Counted from the first letter of the stretch, positions 28,612-39,231 are shown. The stretch: DNA of 64,000 bases from Candidatus Poribacteria bacterium (GCA_965198175.1 OZ240245.1:3264001-3328000), one strand, 5' to 3'. The notes: generated by a model from the sequence alone, not told the origin. A program made the numbers and translations.

Positions 28612-30018
28612 CTAGTGGGATTGTTGTTTCTTGAGGTGGAGGAGGAGAGGATAGTCTCGAACCACGAGATTAGGGATAATAACGTTGCCATCTGTATAGT
28701 TCGTCCGCAGCGGTTGTTCAAAACCGGTCAAGGAGTCGATACCAACTACGCTTTCTGCTGGGAAGTCTTGGAGGGTCACGGTTGCGTTTACGCCGAGGGC
28801 GGTGTCGTGAGCTACGATATCGTCCCACAGGGAAATCAGGTGACTTCCATCGGGCAAGGTGAAGCTATAGCACTTCACCTGCTCGGCTTGAGTTGTGATT
28901 TGCAAGGGCAGGTCGGATGCCCTTGCACCCGCCATAACTGTGCACAGCGTGCGAATCGTGTAGACTCTTGGTACCGGCAACATACGTGCAGCCTGCATTT
29001 GGTTGTCAGCCATTATCATGTTCATCCCTAGATGCAATAGCGTTGCTCTAGCTTGATACTTCGCCGCGGTTAATTCTGTATGGTCGCAGCGTTCCGTTGG
29101 ATGGGGGTCTATTTCGGGCGTACGCCAGACCATCTCAGCTACCATGTATCCGCCGGTGAATCCCAGCGACGAGGCACGTTCCCTGAATCTATCTACAGTC
29201 CCCGGATAGTTACGCCAGTAGTCCTCGCCGGCACCGCCATGACCGCCGCTGCTGGGGGTATCGCCGTAAAAGGGGTGCCAAGAAATCGCGTCCGCTAGTG
29301 GCGCGGCGCCGCTGCGGAGTATCTTCTCAACATACCGCTGCGGTCCTTCGGTAAATCTTCCTACCGCTCCAATGACAATCTTCGCATCGGGGTTTTCCTT
29401 TAAGACAACCGGCACCAACTGCTGGCTGACGTTAGCGTAATCCTCAGCGTCAATGCCGCCGCGTTCTGCCGGATCGCCGGGGCCTGCGTCGGGCTCATTC
29501 CAAATCTCATACCATTGAATCCGATCCCGAAAATGCCGCGCCATGTATCGAGCGAAATCGAGGTATTTGTCGATTTCGTCCTGCGTCTTGAACCAGCGAT
29601 TGGGCTCCTGGTCACCCAACGCGCCATGGTGAGGGGTTGCCCAACGACCTGAGATTCCCGCTCCGACACCTAGGCTCAATACAATGTTGATATCGTTGTC
29701 AGCTAGCTCGGTGATATGCTGATCGAAGTCTCGATCGACTTCATGCACGCCGGGGGCGCGCAGCACCCGTTGCCAGTTTATCGGGCACGGCGACCAGAAG
29801 CCCATTCGAACCCATTTGAGTCCGATGTTGCACATCTTCTCTAGCGCGACCGTTAGGTCGCCGCTGATGTCATCATAGGTAAACCCGATACGGTTGTCTT
29901 TAAGTTCCTTCGATCTCTTGGGTTGAATCTTGGTCTGCGGATAGGGGTTCCGTTCCTGAAGGACGACGTTCTCGACGTAGTCGGGGCAAATCGGTTCAAG
30001 TTTGTCTGTGGGTGACAT
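28612..30018 (-). CDS. Clan GH-A glycoside hydrolase-like protein (GH5/GH39-like)
   Basis: GLKWVR, YEIWNEPD (acid/base), DAISWHPF and VAEM (possible nucleophile). Confidence 0.75.
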   Translation of the reverse strand: MSPTDKLEPICPDYVENVVLQERNPYPQTKIQPKRSKELKDNRIGFTYDDISGDLTVALEKMCNIGLKWVRMGFWSPCPINWQRVLRAPGVHEVDRDFDQHITELADNDINIVLSLGVGAGISGRWATPHHGALGDQEPNRWFKTQDEIDKYLDFARYMARHFRDRIQWYEIWNEPDAGPGDPAERGGIDAEDYANVSQQLVPVVLKENPDAKIVIGAVGRFTEGPQRYVEKILRSGAAPLADAISWHPFYGDTPSSGGHGGAGEDYWRNYPGTVDRFRERASSLGFTGGYMVAEMVWRTPEIDPHPTERCDHTELTAAKYQARATLLHLGMNMIMADNQMQAARMLPVPRVYTIRTLCTVMAGARASDLPLQITTQAEQVKCYSFTLPDGSHLISLWDDIVAHDTALGVNATVTLQDFPAESVVGIDSLTGFEQPLRTNYTDGNVIIPNLVVRDYPLLLHLKKQQSH

Positions 30019-30161
30019 AGGGTAATGTTGTCCTTTCAAGCAGAGTGAGTGTGGAAAGGGCTAGGATACGGCTGTGGTTGTATACAAACTTGCGAGGACC
30101 TGTGGAAGAAGTGAGATTTACAGGTGTGCAGAGGAAATGTCCCAACGGATTGGTAAACCAA

Positions 30162-30947
30162 CTAGCGGGATTTTAGCATCGCCCAAGTTGTGGCAACCTT
30201 GTCGGAGGCTAACACGGCAAGGTTATCAATCCCTCCCATGAGTTCTTTGACATCTACCCCGCTCAACCCAACGTTGAAAATCACCACCTCATCTAAAAGG
30301 CCTGTGTACCAGCTTGCGGATGCCTGATTGCCAGCACCTAGGATGAGACTCACATGGTTAGCGACCTCAATGTCGCCGCCGAACTCGTCTTCATCCACAA
30401 CCTCACCGTTGATAAACAGCCGCGCATGTTCGCCGTCATAGGTGCCAGTAAGATGATACCACTCTTCTAGCTCAATGCTTTCGCTGCCAGAATTTAGCTC
30501 CTGTGGTCCCTTAACCGTCCAAAGGCGGAAGTTAATCGTTCCCTGTAATGTGCCTAGATAATAAACGCTTGCATCTGGTTCTCCCCTGTTCCTCTTCTCG
30601 ATGAAGGTGCGATCTGCTCCCGCCATGCCCGCCCAACTCTCCACAAAGACCCAGGCAGCAATCGTGGTAGCCTGCTCTGGATTCAAACTCCGGTGGCTCC
30701 GGCAATTGACATAGTCGTTCTGTCCGTTAAAACGCAGCGCCTTTCCGAATTTTCCGTTTACATGCTTAGCACCTCTAATCGTGCCATTATTACCCTTACC
30801 AGATCGGTCAATGGCTGTCTTAGCGTCGTTTTCATCAAAGCTCCAGTGCCCGACCGATGTTTCCATATCAATAACAGTGGTGCCTGCAACTGGATGCATG
30901 AGTACAAACGCTATCAGCATGAGTAATGTAAGACTTTGTTTTCCCAT
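30162..30947 (-). CDS. Secreted LamG-like jellyroll protein with TWG-type C-terminal tail
   Basis: Signal peptide; WSFDE, GKFGKALRFNG, WYHLTGTYDG and DEVVIFN motifs; tail AVLASDKVATTWAMLKSR. Confidence 0.88.
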   Translation of the reverse strand: MGKQSLTLLMLIAFVLMHPVAGTTVIDMETSVGHWSFDENDAKTAIDRSGKGNNGTIRGAKHVNGKFGKALRFNGQNDYVNCRSHRSLNPEQATTIAAWVFVESWAGMAGADRTFIEKRNRGEPDASVYYLGTLQGTINFRLWTVKGPQELNSGSESIELEEWYHLTGTYDGEHARLFINGEVVDEDEFGGDIEVANHVSLILGAGNQASASWYTGLLDEVVIFNVGLSGVDVKELMGGIDNLAVLASDKVATTWAMLKSR

Positions 30948-31095
30948 CTTGGTTCTCACCTCATCTTTTCATTGATACTGAATCTTCCCGCCATCTGCTC
31001 TTCTTACCATGCTTTTCGATAAGAATTCATCTTTGTGTATCACCGCATGATACAGGCTGACTTATGCGGTTGACCGCGAGTTGCCCAAACCGGAA

Positions 31096-31857
31096 TCAAC
31101 GGCTAATTTTAACTGTTCCCCACACGGTAGCCAATGAATCGCCGGGAGAAACGGAGAATGCGCCCGGATCGAATTCAGACAGGGCGGCTATCTCTTTGTC
31201 ATCTAGCAAACGATCGTAAATTCGTACCTCATCAAGAATCCCCACAAAGCCAGCAAGCCCACAACAGAACCCTAATCGAAGCGGCGATACACTTGGATCG
31301 AGCGTCTCCTTATCAGTTGCCACTTGACCGATTAGCTTACCATTGACATAGTAGGCGCCGGTCTGTTTCTTCGACTCAAAAGTTCCTGCAATATGATTCC
31401 AAGTTTCCAATTTCATCTCCGGACCTGTACGTGTTCCTTGCCATCTGCCACCCGAAAACAGGTCAAGCCGACCACCGCCGCGCAGTAAGTCGAGGTTGTA
31501 CTGATCGGTGAAGATGACTCGATTTTCCCCAGCAAAATCTAGCTTAGAAGGGAAAACCCAAGCAGCGGCGGTGAAATCCTTCTGCACCGTTAAAGCAGGG
31601 CTTGCAGGGATGCGGGCTTGAGCGTCCTTATCGGGAAAGCGCACTCCTCTTCCGAATTTTCCGCTATTCTCCCGGACGGCTGTTTGGATGTTTCCGTCAA
31701 GTTCGCTGACGCCAGCGTCCCTGATGATGTCATCTCTTCCCTCAAATGGATAATATGCAATGAGTCCTTCATCGAATTCAACAGACATCGCCTGTGCGCA
31801 CCATCCCAAAAGCACAAACAGCCACAAAGCGGAACTGCACAATGATTGATTTTTCAT
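31096..31857 (-). CDS. Secreted LamG-like protein with TWG tail
   Basis: Signal peptide; YYPFEG, WNHIAGTF and DEVRIYDRLL motifs; tail SVSPGDSLATVWGTVKISR. Confidence 0.88.
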   Translation of the reverse strand: MKNQSLCSSALWLFVLLGWCAQAMSVEFDEGLIAYYPFEGRDDIIRDAGVSELDGNIQTAVRENSGKFGRGVRFPDKDAQARIPASPALTVQKDFTAAAWVFPSKLDFAGENRVIFTDQYNLDLLRGGGRLDLFSGGRWQGTRTGPEMKLETWNHIAGTFESKKQTGAYYVNGKLIGQVATDKETLDPSVSPLRLGFCCGLAGFVGILDEVRIYDRLLDDKEIAALSEFDPGAFSVSPGDSLATVWGTVKISR

Positions 31858-32152
31858 CAGTTTTTCCTTTCTAAATTCCTTGCGAGTCTTTAGCCAAGTT
31901 GTGTTGAAGGTTAGATGTTCACGAAGGCAAGATGTAATACGTGGGCGCACCTCTCAAGACGGGAGACATTTCGCTTCTTATTCCGCATCTGTGGCGCGAA
32001 TTGTGGGGAGTAACAGGCGGAATTGACGGCTTCCACTAATCTAAATCAAAAACTTACTTTGCGCGAACGACATAGAAGTAGTTAGATGGAAGCCTGAGTT
32101 ACAATGCACCGACTAGCAACATTAGCTAGTGGAGCAGATTTGAAGCAACGCA

Positions 32153-32188
32153 TTGAGACCAAGCGAATCCATATCCGCTTGGTCTCAA
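32153..32188. terminator. Intergenic hairpin (terminator or mRNA stabiliser)
   Basis: Perfect 13-bp stem TTGAGACCAAGCG / CGCTTGGTCTCAA between two LamG genes. Confidence 0.55.
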
Positions 32189-32263
32189 CACAATCATATA
32201 CTCAACCAGTGCCCGCCCTTAAGGAGCATTCTGTTTTGATGCACTTGGTTGTGATGAAATCGT

Positions 32264-33034
32264 TCACTCGCGAGAGTTTTTCAGACTTCCCCAGGTAACG
32301 ACTAGAGAACCCTTCGGGGAAACCGAAGTGGGATATTCAACCAACATCAGAACGTCTTCGGCGCTAAAGGCACGGCCATAAAACCGTACATCGTCAAGAC
32401 TTCCTACCATCCCTTGAATACCCATATGGCCAAAACGAATTGGAGACTGGGCAACCGCAAGCCCTTCAGGCTGGGCTTCGCCATCCAATGAACCGTTCAC
32501 GTAATGTGAAATCATGTTTTCATCTGCGTTATAGGTGCCTAAGACGTGATGCCAGTCCCCCAACGCAAGTGGTTCGTCTTTCCAAGGTGTGCCGACCCAC
32601 GGCGGAGGCTCCACGGAATTATGGACTTCAAAGCGTCCCCTACCGTGGAGAACATCAAGATTAAACTGGTCGCTGAAAATCAGCCTGTTTTCAAACTGGG
32701 GCCACTCGCCACCCATTCCGAGCTCGTCCGGCCGAATCCAAGCGGTAACGGTAAAACTCCCTGTGAAAGTGAGGCTCTCAGAGCCGGGGACTGAAGCTTT
32801 GCCCGTGTTATCGGTGAAACGGATAGCCTTGCCGAGTCTTCCATCATCTTCTCGTACGGCAGAACCGATATCACCATCGTTATTTCCGACCGAGTCTTCA
32901 AGAACGTTTCCGTCTCCTTCAAACTCGTAATGCGAGATTAGCCCATCGTCCAACGCGGCAGACACCAGCGAAACCGATACGCACAAGGACAGGATAACTC
33001 CTGAGACAAAACTTAAAACCATCAAACGTTGCAT
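32264..33034 (-). CDS. Secreted LamG-like protein with TWG tail
   Basis: Signal peptide; HYEFEG, WHHVLGTYN and DDVRFYGRA motifs; tail SVSPKGSLVVTWGSLKNSRE. Confidence 0.88.
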   Translation of the reverse strand: MQRLMVLSFVSGVILSLCVSVSLVSAALDDGLISHYEFEGDGNVLEDSVGNNDGDIGSAVREDDGRLGKAIRFTDNTGKASVPGSESLTFTGSFTVTAWIRPDELGMGGEWPQFENRLIFSDQFNLDVLHGRGRFEVHNSVEPPPWVGTPWKDEPLALGDWHHVLGTYNADENMISHYVNGSLDGEAQPEGLAVAQSPIRFGHMGIQGMVGSLDDVRFYGRAFSAEDVLMLVEYPTSVSPKGSLVVTWGSLKNSRE

Positions 33035-33130
33035 TATATTCCCTCCAATTGTTTAGTTGTACACGATTCAAATTCTGAACATCGGGACGAGAAAATCAGC
33101 GCACCAGCAGATCTGTTCCCCTTCCCGTTT

Positions 33131-33925
33131 TCACCATTTGCCTTTCAGGTTGGCCCAGGTAGTTGCCAGCCTGCCCGAAGGCGCTACAGCCACAAAGAGC
33201 TTTCCGTCCATATCGCTTCCAATCTCGTCCTCCGTAAGCACGTGGTTGTAGAGTGCAACTTCATCCACCGTGCCGCCGAAGAACTCGCCCGGTGCGTGGA
33301 CAGAGTGGCTACCGACCACAAAATGCGGCGAACCTTCGAATGTCGTATTTCCCATAATCGAACTATCGTCGTAAATCAATTCACCGTTCAGATATGACCT
33401 TCGCGTCGTTCCGTCGAACGTCATCGCGACATGATACCACGTATCGGGTTGGATCTCCGTCTCGGATTTTAACTCGTTGCGAGCAGAGTACTGCCGATTC
33501 GTCCCTTCGATACTGAGCCAACTCAGGAACTGCTTCTTTTCGATGCCGATCTGGTGCCCAACCCACGGATTATTCCAGACGTTCGTATCTCGGTAGGGCA
33601 CACCGGCTGCAAACTGAATGGGGGACGGGTCTCGGACAGTTACCCACGCTTCCAGCGTGATGTGCTTCGGCAGACGTAGCTGGGGATGATTATTGAACGC
33701 AATCATACCGGTTTCACCGTCGAAGTCTATCGCGGAACCGAATTGACCTTCGACCCAAGTTGCTCCGTCATTCAACATCCCAACGTATGCATTCCCGCTC
33801 TCGTCTTCTGTGGTAAATCCGGCGCCTTCCTCAAAAGGGAGATAGAGGAGAAGTTCCGCAACTCCAGACCCCGCAAGTCCTGCTAGAACCAGGGCAAGTC
33901 CAATAACTACAGTAGTTGTTTTCAT
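33131..33925 (-). CDS. Secreted LamG-like protein with TWG tail (PWVG subfamily)
   Basis: Signal peptide; YLPFEEG, WYHVAMTFDG and DEVALYN motifs; tail AVAPSGRLATTWANLKGKW. Confidence 0.88.
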   Translation of the reverse strand: MKTTTVVIGLALVLAGLAGSGVAELLLYLPFEEGAGFTTEDESGNAYVGMLNDGATWVEGQFGSAIDFDGETGMIAFNNHPQLRLPKHITLEAWVTVRDPSPIQFAAGVPYRDTNVWNNPWVGHQIGIEKKQFLSWLSIEGTNRQYSARNELKSETEIQPDTWYHVAMTFDGTTRRSYLNGELIYDDSSIMGNTTFEGSPHFVVGSHSVHAPGEFFGGTVDEVALYNHVLTEDEIGSDMDGKLFVAVAPSGRLATTWANLKGKW

Positions 33926-34037
33926 TGTTGTCTTCCTTTGATCTTATTTGGCCGCGATTCCGTTAGATCAGGATGAATTTTTTCCTTTTTATGGTTATTA
34001 CTTTAGAATCTGTGAATTCCCAAGGTGAGCGACCTTC

Positions 34038-34829
34038 TCACTGTGTTCTCCACGCTTTCACCGTGCCCCATGTGACAGCGAGCTTGCCCTGAGGTTGAAT
34101 CGCTAAAATCTCTTCGTTACCGCCGTTGAAATGTTGCTCTATTTCGTCTTCGTTCAACGCCCGTGTCACAATCATAACTTCATCAATTATGCCTTTGGTG
34201 AAAAAGGTCTGACCGCCCTGTCCTCTCGTTCCAATCTTGACAGGATCGGGTCCAGTCTGAAGATTCTTATTGGGGCTATCGCGTTCCCCCTTCAACTCGT
34301 TGTTCCAGAAGAATTTCATATTGTCCCCATCATACATTGCGACCATCTGGTGCCACGTTTTCTCTTCGACGTCAAACTGAGGGATATCGAAATCGTCCCG
34401 CCTGGCGTCTCCTTTAATTGACCATCGAAACACATTATGGGGCAGCTTGGTGACAAACCAGCCTAGGTGTTGAGGCGCCCCGACAAGCTCGAGCTTTTGA
34501 ATCAAATTTTGTTCGCCGGCAATACTCTCAAAATTGATCCACAGCATCACGGTAAACGCTTCCTCGAAGTTCAAACTATCATCATCCCGCACTTCAACGA
34601 AATCGTCGCTTCCATCAAACTCCAACGCGCCTCCGAACTTTCCATTATCCACCCATTTAGGACCGACCAATTCCCCATCATTTCCCTTGTCGGAGGAGTC
34701 TTTGGCTGTTTCCTCTTGTCCCTCGTCAAAGTTTAAGGCAAGAACAACGTCGTTCGGATCTAGCTGAGCGCTCGCGACGCCAAAGCCAAAAACCGTGACT
34801 ACAAGTGTTGCAGCAACTAAGGTTTTCAT
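34038..34829 (-). CDS. Secreted LamG-like protein with TWG tail
   Basis: GGAGG RBS, signal peptide, GKFGGALEFDG and WHQMVAMYDG motifs; tail AIQPQGKLAVTWGTVKAWRTQ. Confidence 0.88.
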   Translation of the reverse strand: MKTLVAATLVVTVFGFGVASAQLDPNDVVLALNFDEGQEETAKDSSDKGNDGELVGPKWVDNGKFGGALEFDGSDDFVEVRDDDSLNFEEAFTVMLWINFESIAGEQNLIQKLELVGAPQHLGWFVTKLPHNVFRWSIKGDARRDDFDIPQFDVEEKTWHQMVAMYDGDNMKFFWNNELKGERDSPNKNLQTGPDPVKIGTRGQGGQTFFTKGIIDEVMIVTRALNEDEIEQHFNGGNEEILAIQPQGKLAVTWGTVKAWRTQ

Positions 34830-34961
34830 AAGACCTCCTTTTTCGACAAATGGGTTATTGTCCTTTTTAATGTTGTTTAAGGCTGTTTGACCCACGAGAG
34901 CAAAATCTGCCCACCCAAAAAATTAGAATATTTCATTTCCGGAACGCGTTTTATCTACTTA

Positions 34962-34990
34962 ATTATACATGATCGTCGAAAAGAGCACAA
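34962..34990 (-). promoter_or_regulatory. Putative sigma70 promoter upstream of the LamG array
   Basis: Minus strand TTGTGC-N17-TATAAT. Confidence 0.5.
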
Positions 34991-35086
34991 GTACAAATTA
35001 TATAGCTTAAGATGATGATTGTATAAACTTCACAGTGTAGAATTGCGCTGTAAAGAAGGTTTTGAACACAATTTTTCGTCCCGCAT

Positions 35087-36073
35087 TTAACTTTCGGATT
35101 CCCCGACCCCACTGCCGTATGACGTGTCACTCACGGCTCTCTCTTCAACTAAGCCACCGGCATCAACCCAGTCTTTGATGCTTTGAATGCTATCTGTCAC
35201 TGTATAAATTGGCACAAAATCCATGAGTGCTTTCGCTTTAGACATATCGAAGGAAATCTCGCCGCCCTGCGCCATACTCCAAGGGAATCCGACTTCCACC
35301 TCTATGTCCGGTGAAAGACGCTTGATTATCTCAACAAATTCTGAACCTCGTGTTGGCCCAGGTCCACAGCAGTTAAAGATTTGCCCTACAGCAGCCGGAT
35401 GTTCTGCGACGGTGATATGCATGCGGGCGACATCCCGGTAATCTACATAGTGGCAAAGCTCTTCGGCAGAAAGGTGTGGAATTTCAACACGCACCCCTTC
35501 TCCAAGTTGCTCTGCAAATTTCCGCCAGCCTCGCCCTCCGCCACGTCCATAGGGACCAATGACCGCAGTTAATCGCAACACAGTCACCGGAAGACTGTAT
35601 TGATAGTAGTAGGTCAAGGATAACTCCTCTTGCATCCGCTTAGTCGTCGAATAAATGTCCTGCGGACGACAAGGGTGATTCTCATCTACAGGCATGTAAT
35701 CGGGAGGGTTAAACTTGGTTGCAGGATACCATTCATACGCGGATATGCTACTAGCTAATATGAAACGATTCACCTCCATCCTTCGCGCATTTTCAAGTAG
35801 GTTTTGCAATCCGTTGACGTTGACTTTCACCATCTGAAGCGGATTGCCAGTGTCGCCAGGCAGTGAAGCGAGATGCATGATGCAATCGAACGACTTGCCC
35901 TCTAACGTCTGTTTAAGCCCGTCAGTTTTGGTCAAATCTGCTTGGATAAAGGGGATATCTTCTTCCGGCTGCGATCGCCCAAGCGCTGTGACCGATTTGC
36001 CATTAGCCAGCAACTGTTGTACGACTTCACGTCCGACATATCCGGTTACACCCGTTACCAATACGTTCTCCAT
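35087..36073 (-). CDS. NAD-dependent epimerase/dehydratase (extended SDR)
   Basis: TGVTGYVG, HLAS and YSTTK (YxxxK) motifs. GGAGGAG RBS before ATG 36073. Confidence 0.9.
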   Translation of the reverse strand: MENVLVTGVTGYVGREVVQQLLANGKSVTALGRSQPEEDIPFIQADLTKTDGLKQTLEGKSFDCIMHLASLPGDTGNPLQMVKVNVNGLQNLLENARRMEVNRFILASSISAYEWYPATKFNPPDYMPVDENHPCRPQDIYSTTKRMQEELSLTYYYQYSLPVTVLRLTAVIGPYGRGGGRGWRKFAEQLGEGVRVEIPHLSAEELCHYVDYRDVARMHITVAEHPAAVGQIFNCCGPGPTRGSEFVEIIKRLSPDIEVEVGFPWSMAQGGEISFDMSKAKALMDFVPIYTVTDSIQSIKDWVDAGGLVEERAVSDTSYGSGVGESES

Positions 36074-36078
36074 AGTCT

Positions 36079-37254
36079 TCACTCCTCCTTCGATGGTGGG
36101 TCGTAATAGGGAGGAACTACCTCCTCCGTTAACGGCAGATCGACCCATCCACCGGTCTCCATACTTTTCCAGATGGCGCACATTACCTCGACGGCGCGGG
36201 CTCCATCCTCGCCGCTGACCGATGGCGGTTTGTCGTTGATAATGCAATCCAAGAAGTGCTCTGTCATGCGCTCGTAGTTATTTGGCCTTCGCGGCGGGCA
36301 GATGGGTACCCATCGCTTGCGGACATGTTCGTCAATAATATCTTCAACCCAGAAGAGCTCTGGCCAGCGGTAATCCTTCAACACTTGAGGCAAGGTATCG
36401 ACTGTAAAATCCTTATTCGTGAAGACTGCCATGGGCCAGCTTTGGAACGGGTTGGTGGCATCTGTTGCTGTGAAGATTGTCCCTTCCGTACCGCACAGTT
36501 CTGTCGCCTGGTTCACCGCCGGTGAAAAGCGATTGCAACTGACCGTGCCGAAAGCGCCATTCTCGAACTCAACCATTACCAAAGCTGTATCATCGCACAG
36601 CGTATAACTTTCCGGCATCGCCAATCGTTTCGCAACGCCGACTGTCCGCTTAACTTTGCTATCGTTTAACCACGTCAATAAATCGATGGCGTGCGCGCCT
36701 GTATCGTTCAGAGCTGCTCCACCGGCGACCTTACAGTCCAGTCGAAACCCTGTTTTAGCAACGTAGTTCTGGTAATTGTACCAATGTTCATGTAGAGAAG
36801 CCCGGCTCATTAACAGATTACCGATGACTCCTCCTTCAATTAGTTCTTTCGTCCACTGATTATGGGTCCAGAACCGGCGGTCGCATCCGACCATGAGCTT
36901 CACACCAGCCTCATTGCATGCGTCCACAATTTCCCATGCTTCCGTATTAGTTACAGCTAGCGGTTTTTCAACCACTACGTTCACGCCTGCCTTAGCTGCC
37001 GCAACGGCGATGTTTCGGTGGACGTTGTTTGGGGTCGCAATTACAACCGCGTCAAGGTTCGCCTTGTCAAACATCTCCCGGTAGTCCGTGAACCACTCTT
37101 CGGCGCCCCATTTGGCAGCAGATGCCTGCGCCTGATCTGCATCTACGTCGCAGACCACAAGAAGTGCTGCTTCCTCGTGCAGATCGATTGACGGAAAATG
37201 CGCAATCTCTGCAATGCTTCCGCAGCCGATCACCCCCATTTTTATGTCTGCCAT
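36079..37254 (-). CDS. Gfo/Idh/MocA family oxidoreductase
   Basis: GVIGCGSIA, ATPNNVH, VEKPLA and GGAALNDTGAHAID motifs. Confidence 0.92.
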   Translation of the reverse strand: MADIKMGVIGCGSIAEIAHFPSIDLHEEAALLVVCDVDADQAQASAAKWGAEEWFTDYREMFDKANLDAVVIATPNNVHRNIAVAAAKAGVNVVVEKPLAVTNTEAWEIVDACNEAGVKLMVGCDRRFWTHNQWTKELIEGGVIGNLLMSRASLHEHWYNYQNYVAKTGFRLDCKVAGGAALNDTGAHAIDLLTWLNDSKVKRTVGVAKRLAMPESYTLCDDTALVMVEFENGAFGTVSCNRFSPAVNQATELCGTEGTIFTATDATNPFQSWPMAVFTNKDFTVDTLPQVLKDYRWPELFWVEDIIDEHVRKRWVPICPPRRPNNYERMTEHFLDCIINDKPPSVSGEDGARAVEVMCAIWKSMETGGWVDLPLTEEVVPPYYDPPSKEE

Positions 37255-37302
37255 TTGACCTTTCCTTTTTCAGGTATTAGCTTTATACCAAAACTTGCAC
37301 AA

Positions 37303-38214
37303 TCAATATCCTCTATCCACTCGATCTTGAATCTTCTGTCGAGTCGGCATGCGGTCCATACGCACTCCACCGGTTTGCTCTATCACACAAATCGCGGTTG
37401 CGCACCCCCATTGTGCAGCTTTCAGGGGATTAGCGCTTCGCAGGTATTCGGATAGGAACCCTCCCATAAAGGTATCACCACCACCGGTTGTGTCCGCCAC
37501 TGTTCCGCGAAGTGGTTCGACATGCCATTGATTACTAGCACTCTGAACTAACGCCCCCTTTTCCCCCATGGTTATTACGACAACGTCCGGACCACAATCC
37601 AACAATCGCTTCGCTGCCTCAGATGGGTTGTTCCAGCCGAAGATGGTTGCTGCGTCTTCGTCAGAAGCTTTGACAATGTCAAAATGTCCGGAAACCCCAC
37701 AAGCCAAGTCTGACAAGGAAGGAACTGCCTCGCGATTGGCTTTGCTCATATGGACGCCGCCATAGCCACCTAGGTCCACCGCGCTGGTATGTCCTAGAGC
37801 GGCGACATCGGCGATATCCTCTGGAAGTACATCATTGTCCATCGGACATAGATAAATAATTGGACAGCCGTGGTAAGATTCAGGTATATCCTCTGCTTTG
37901 ATAGTAGGTGCTTTGCTAGGATAGCGGATTTCCTTGTTGCCCTTTGTATCGTAAATCAACTCAGTTGTGGTTGTTCGATCTCCGGTTTGCACCCCGGAAA
38001 TATCAACGCCTGCGTCAATTATGAGTTGAAGCAATTCTTGGGGCATATCGAGACCGATTTTTGTCGATATGCCTGTCGCCGTGCCCTGACGACTCGCTGC
38101 GACAGAGCAGTAAGCTGGCGGACTCCCCAGAAACGGCCCCTTGACACTGTCAGGGAAGTAAATCATCTCTGAAATCACATGTCCGACGCAAACTAAGTCA
38201 GGAGTTGAAACCAT
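37303..38214 (-). CDS. PfkB family carbohydrate kinase
   Basis: ITMGEKGA and DTTGGGDTFMGGF signature. Confidence 0.92.
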   Translation of the reverse strand: MVSTPDLVCVGHVISEMIYFPDSVKGPFLGSPPAYCSVAASRQGTATGISTKIGLDMPQELLQLIIDAGVDISGVQTGDRTTTTELIYDTKGNKEIRYPSKAPTIKAEDIPESYHGCPIIYLCPMDNDVLPEDIADVAALGHTSAVDLGGYGGVHMSKANREAVPSLSDLACGVSGHFDIVKASDEDAATIFGWNNPSEAAKRLLDCGPDVVVITMGEKGALVQSASNQWHVEPLRGTVADTTGGGDTFMGGFLSEYLRSANPLKAAQWGCATAICVIEQTGGVRMDRMPTRQKIQDRVDRGY

Positions 38215-38298
38215 TTCTCACCTTCATTGTTTTTGAATGTAGAACTCGCTGCGTACAGTGTAAATGAAGTTCGATTCTGTTTACCCATCTTTTTGAAT

Positions 38299-39081
38299 TT
38301 AGTACGTTGTTGTTGCGACCTCTTCGGTGCCGCAAAAGATGTTGTTCCGGGCGGGCATCCGACGAATGTCAGAGTAGGTGACAATCTTGCAGAGCTCCCG
38401 GTCGTCATCCATCACCGGCGTCGGCTTACGCAGTATAAACTCCGCTAAATGGAAGGTATTGTAGCACACGTAAGCCACAGAAAACCATTCGATTGGTCGT
38501 ATGGAAGAACAAGTAAAGTCGGGGAACGGGAGCGGACCGGTATCTACCTGGAACAGCTTATGTTCGTCGTTGGTGTTTATTGTCTTGATTGGGTATTCAA
38601 TCCTCGCTCGCATCTTCCTTGTCCTGTCCCAGATATCGGTCCGTCCAATCAGTAGGTAATTATCTCGGGTAGCCTGAATTATCTGTTCCGAATTCACGAG
38701 CGATCGGCTTCTCGGAAGCGTCCTAATCGTAAGGCGAAAGTCCTTAAACCTATCTTTAATGAGGGCTGCGGTCTGCTTACCCCCATTGTCGGTGAGGCCA
38801 TGCCCTACATTAATGAATTCAGACTCTGACCATATGGCGCAGTATTCGCCATTTGGATACTGGAAGAGTGTGTCTGAGCGGTACATCCATTCACTGCGGC
38901 AGGGAGTGATGAGAAAGAACACTTCGGATGCGCCAACCTTTTCATCTACAATTTCGCAGCGGGCATCCAGTTGAATCCGTGCGCTGTTGCGATACTGCAT
39001 GTGTCCCGGTTTTCGCTGGTCATGTAGATTGGGTTCAACAACCCAAGTCATATAAGAATTGGAAAAATCACAAACGCCCAT
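38299..39081 (-). CDS. Hypothetical protein
   Basis: 260-aa ORF co-oriented upstream of the pfkB cluster; no motif recognised. Confidence 0.7.
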   Translation of the reverse strand: MGVCDFSNSYMTWVVEPNLHDQRKPGHMQYRNSARIQLDARCEIVDEKVGASEVFFLITPCRSEWMYRSDTLFQYPNGEYCAIWSESEFINVGHGLTDNGGKQTAALIKDRFKDFRLTIRTLPRSRSLVNSEQIIQATRDNYLLIGRTDIWDRTRKMRARIEYPIKTINTNDEHKLFQVDTGPLPFPDFTCSSIRPIEWFSVAYVCYNTFHLAEFILRKPTPVMDDDRELCKIVTYSDIRRMPARNNIFCGTEEVATTTY

Positions 39082-39182
39082 TGCGGATCGCGATTCAAGT
39101 TGAGCAAGGTGGGGATTTTAATCTCGGTTCGGTATTATATGAAGCCGGGACCAGTATTGAACAAAGCGGACTGTAATCAAGC

Positions 39183-39231
39183 AGAAAAGGTCGGCACACG
39201 CACAGCCCAGCCATGCGGGCCGACCTCTTCT
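39183..39231 (-). terminator. Putative intrinsic terminator downstream of LamG gene 39369-40229
   Basis: AGGTCGGC / GCCGACCT stem; reads into TTTTCT on the minus strand. Confidence 0.5.

Noticed and set aside
36074..36247. N-terminal extensions in the track for ORFs 35087-36247, 52166-53095 and 52938-54530
   Set aside because: They overlap upstream genes; downstream ATG starts at 36073, 52463 and 53115 fit the protein families better.
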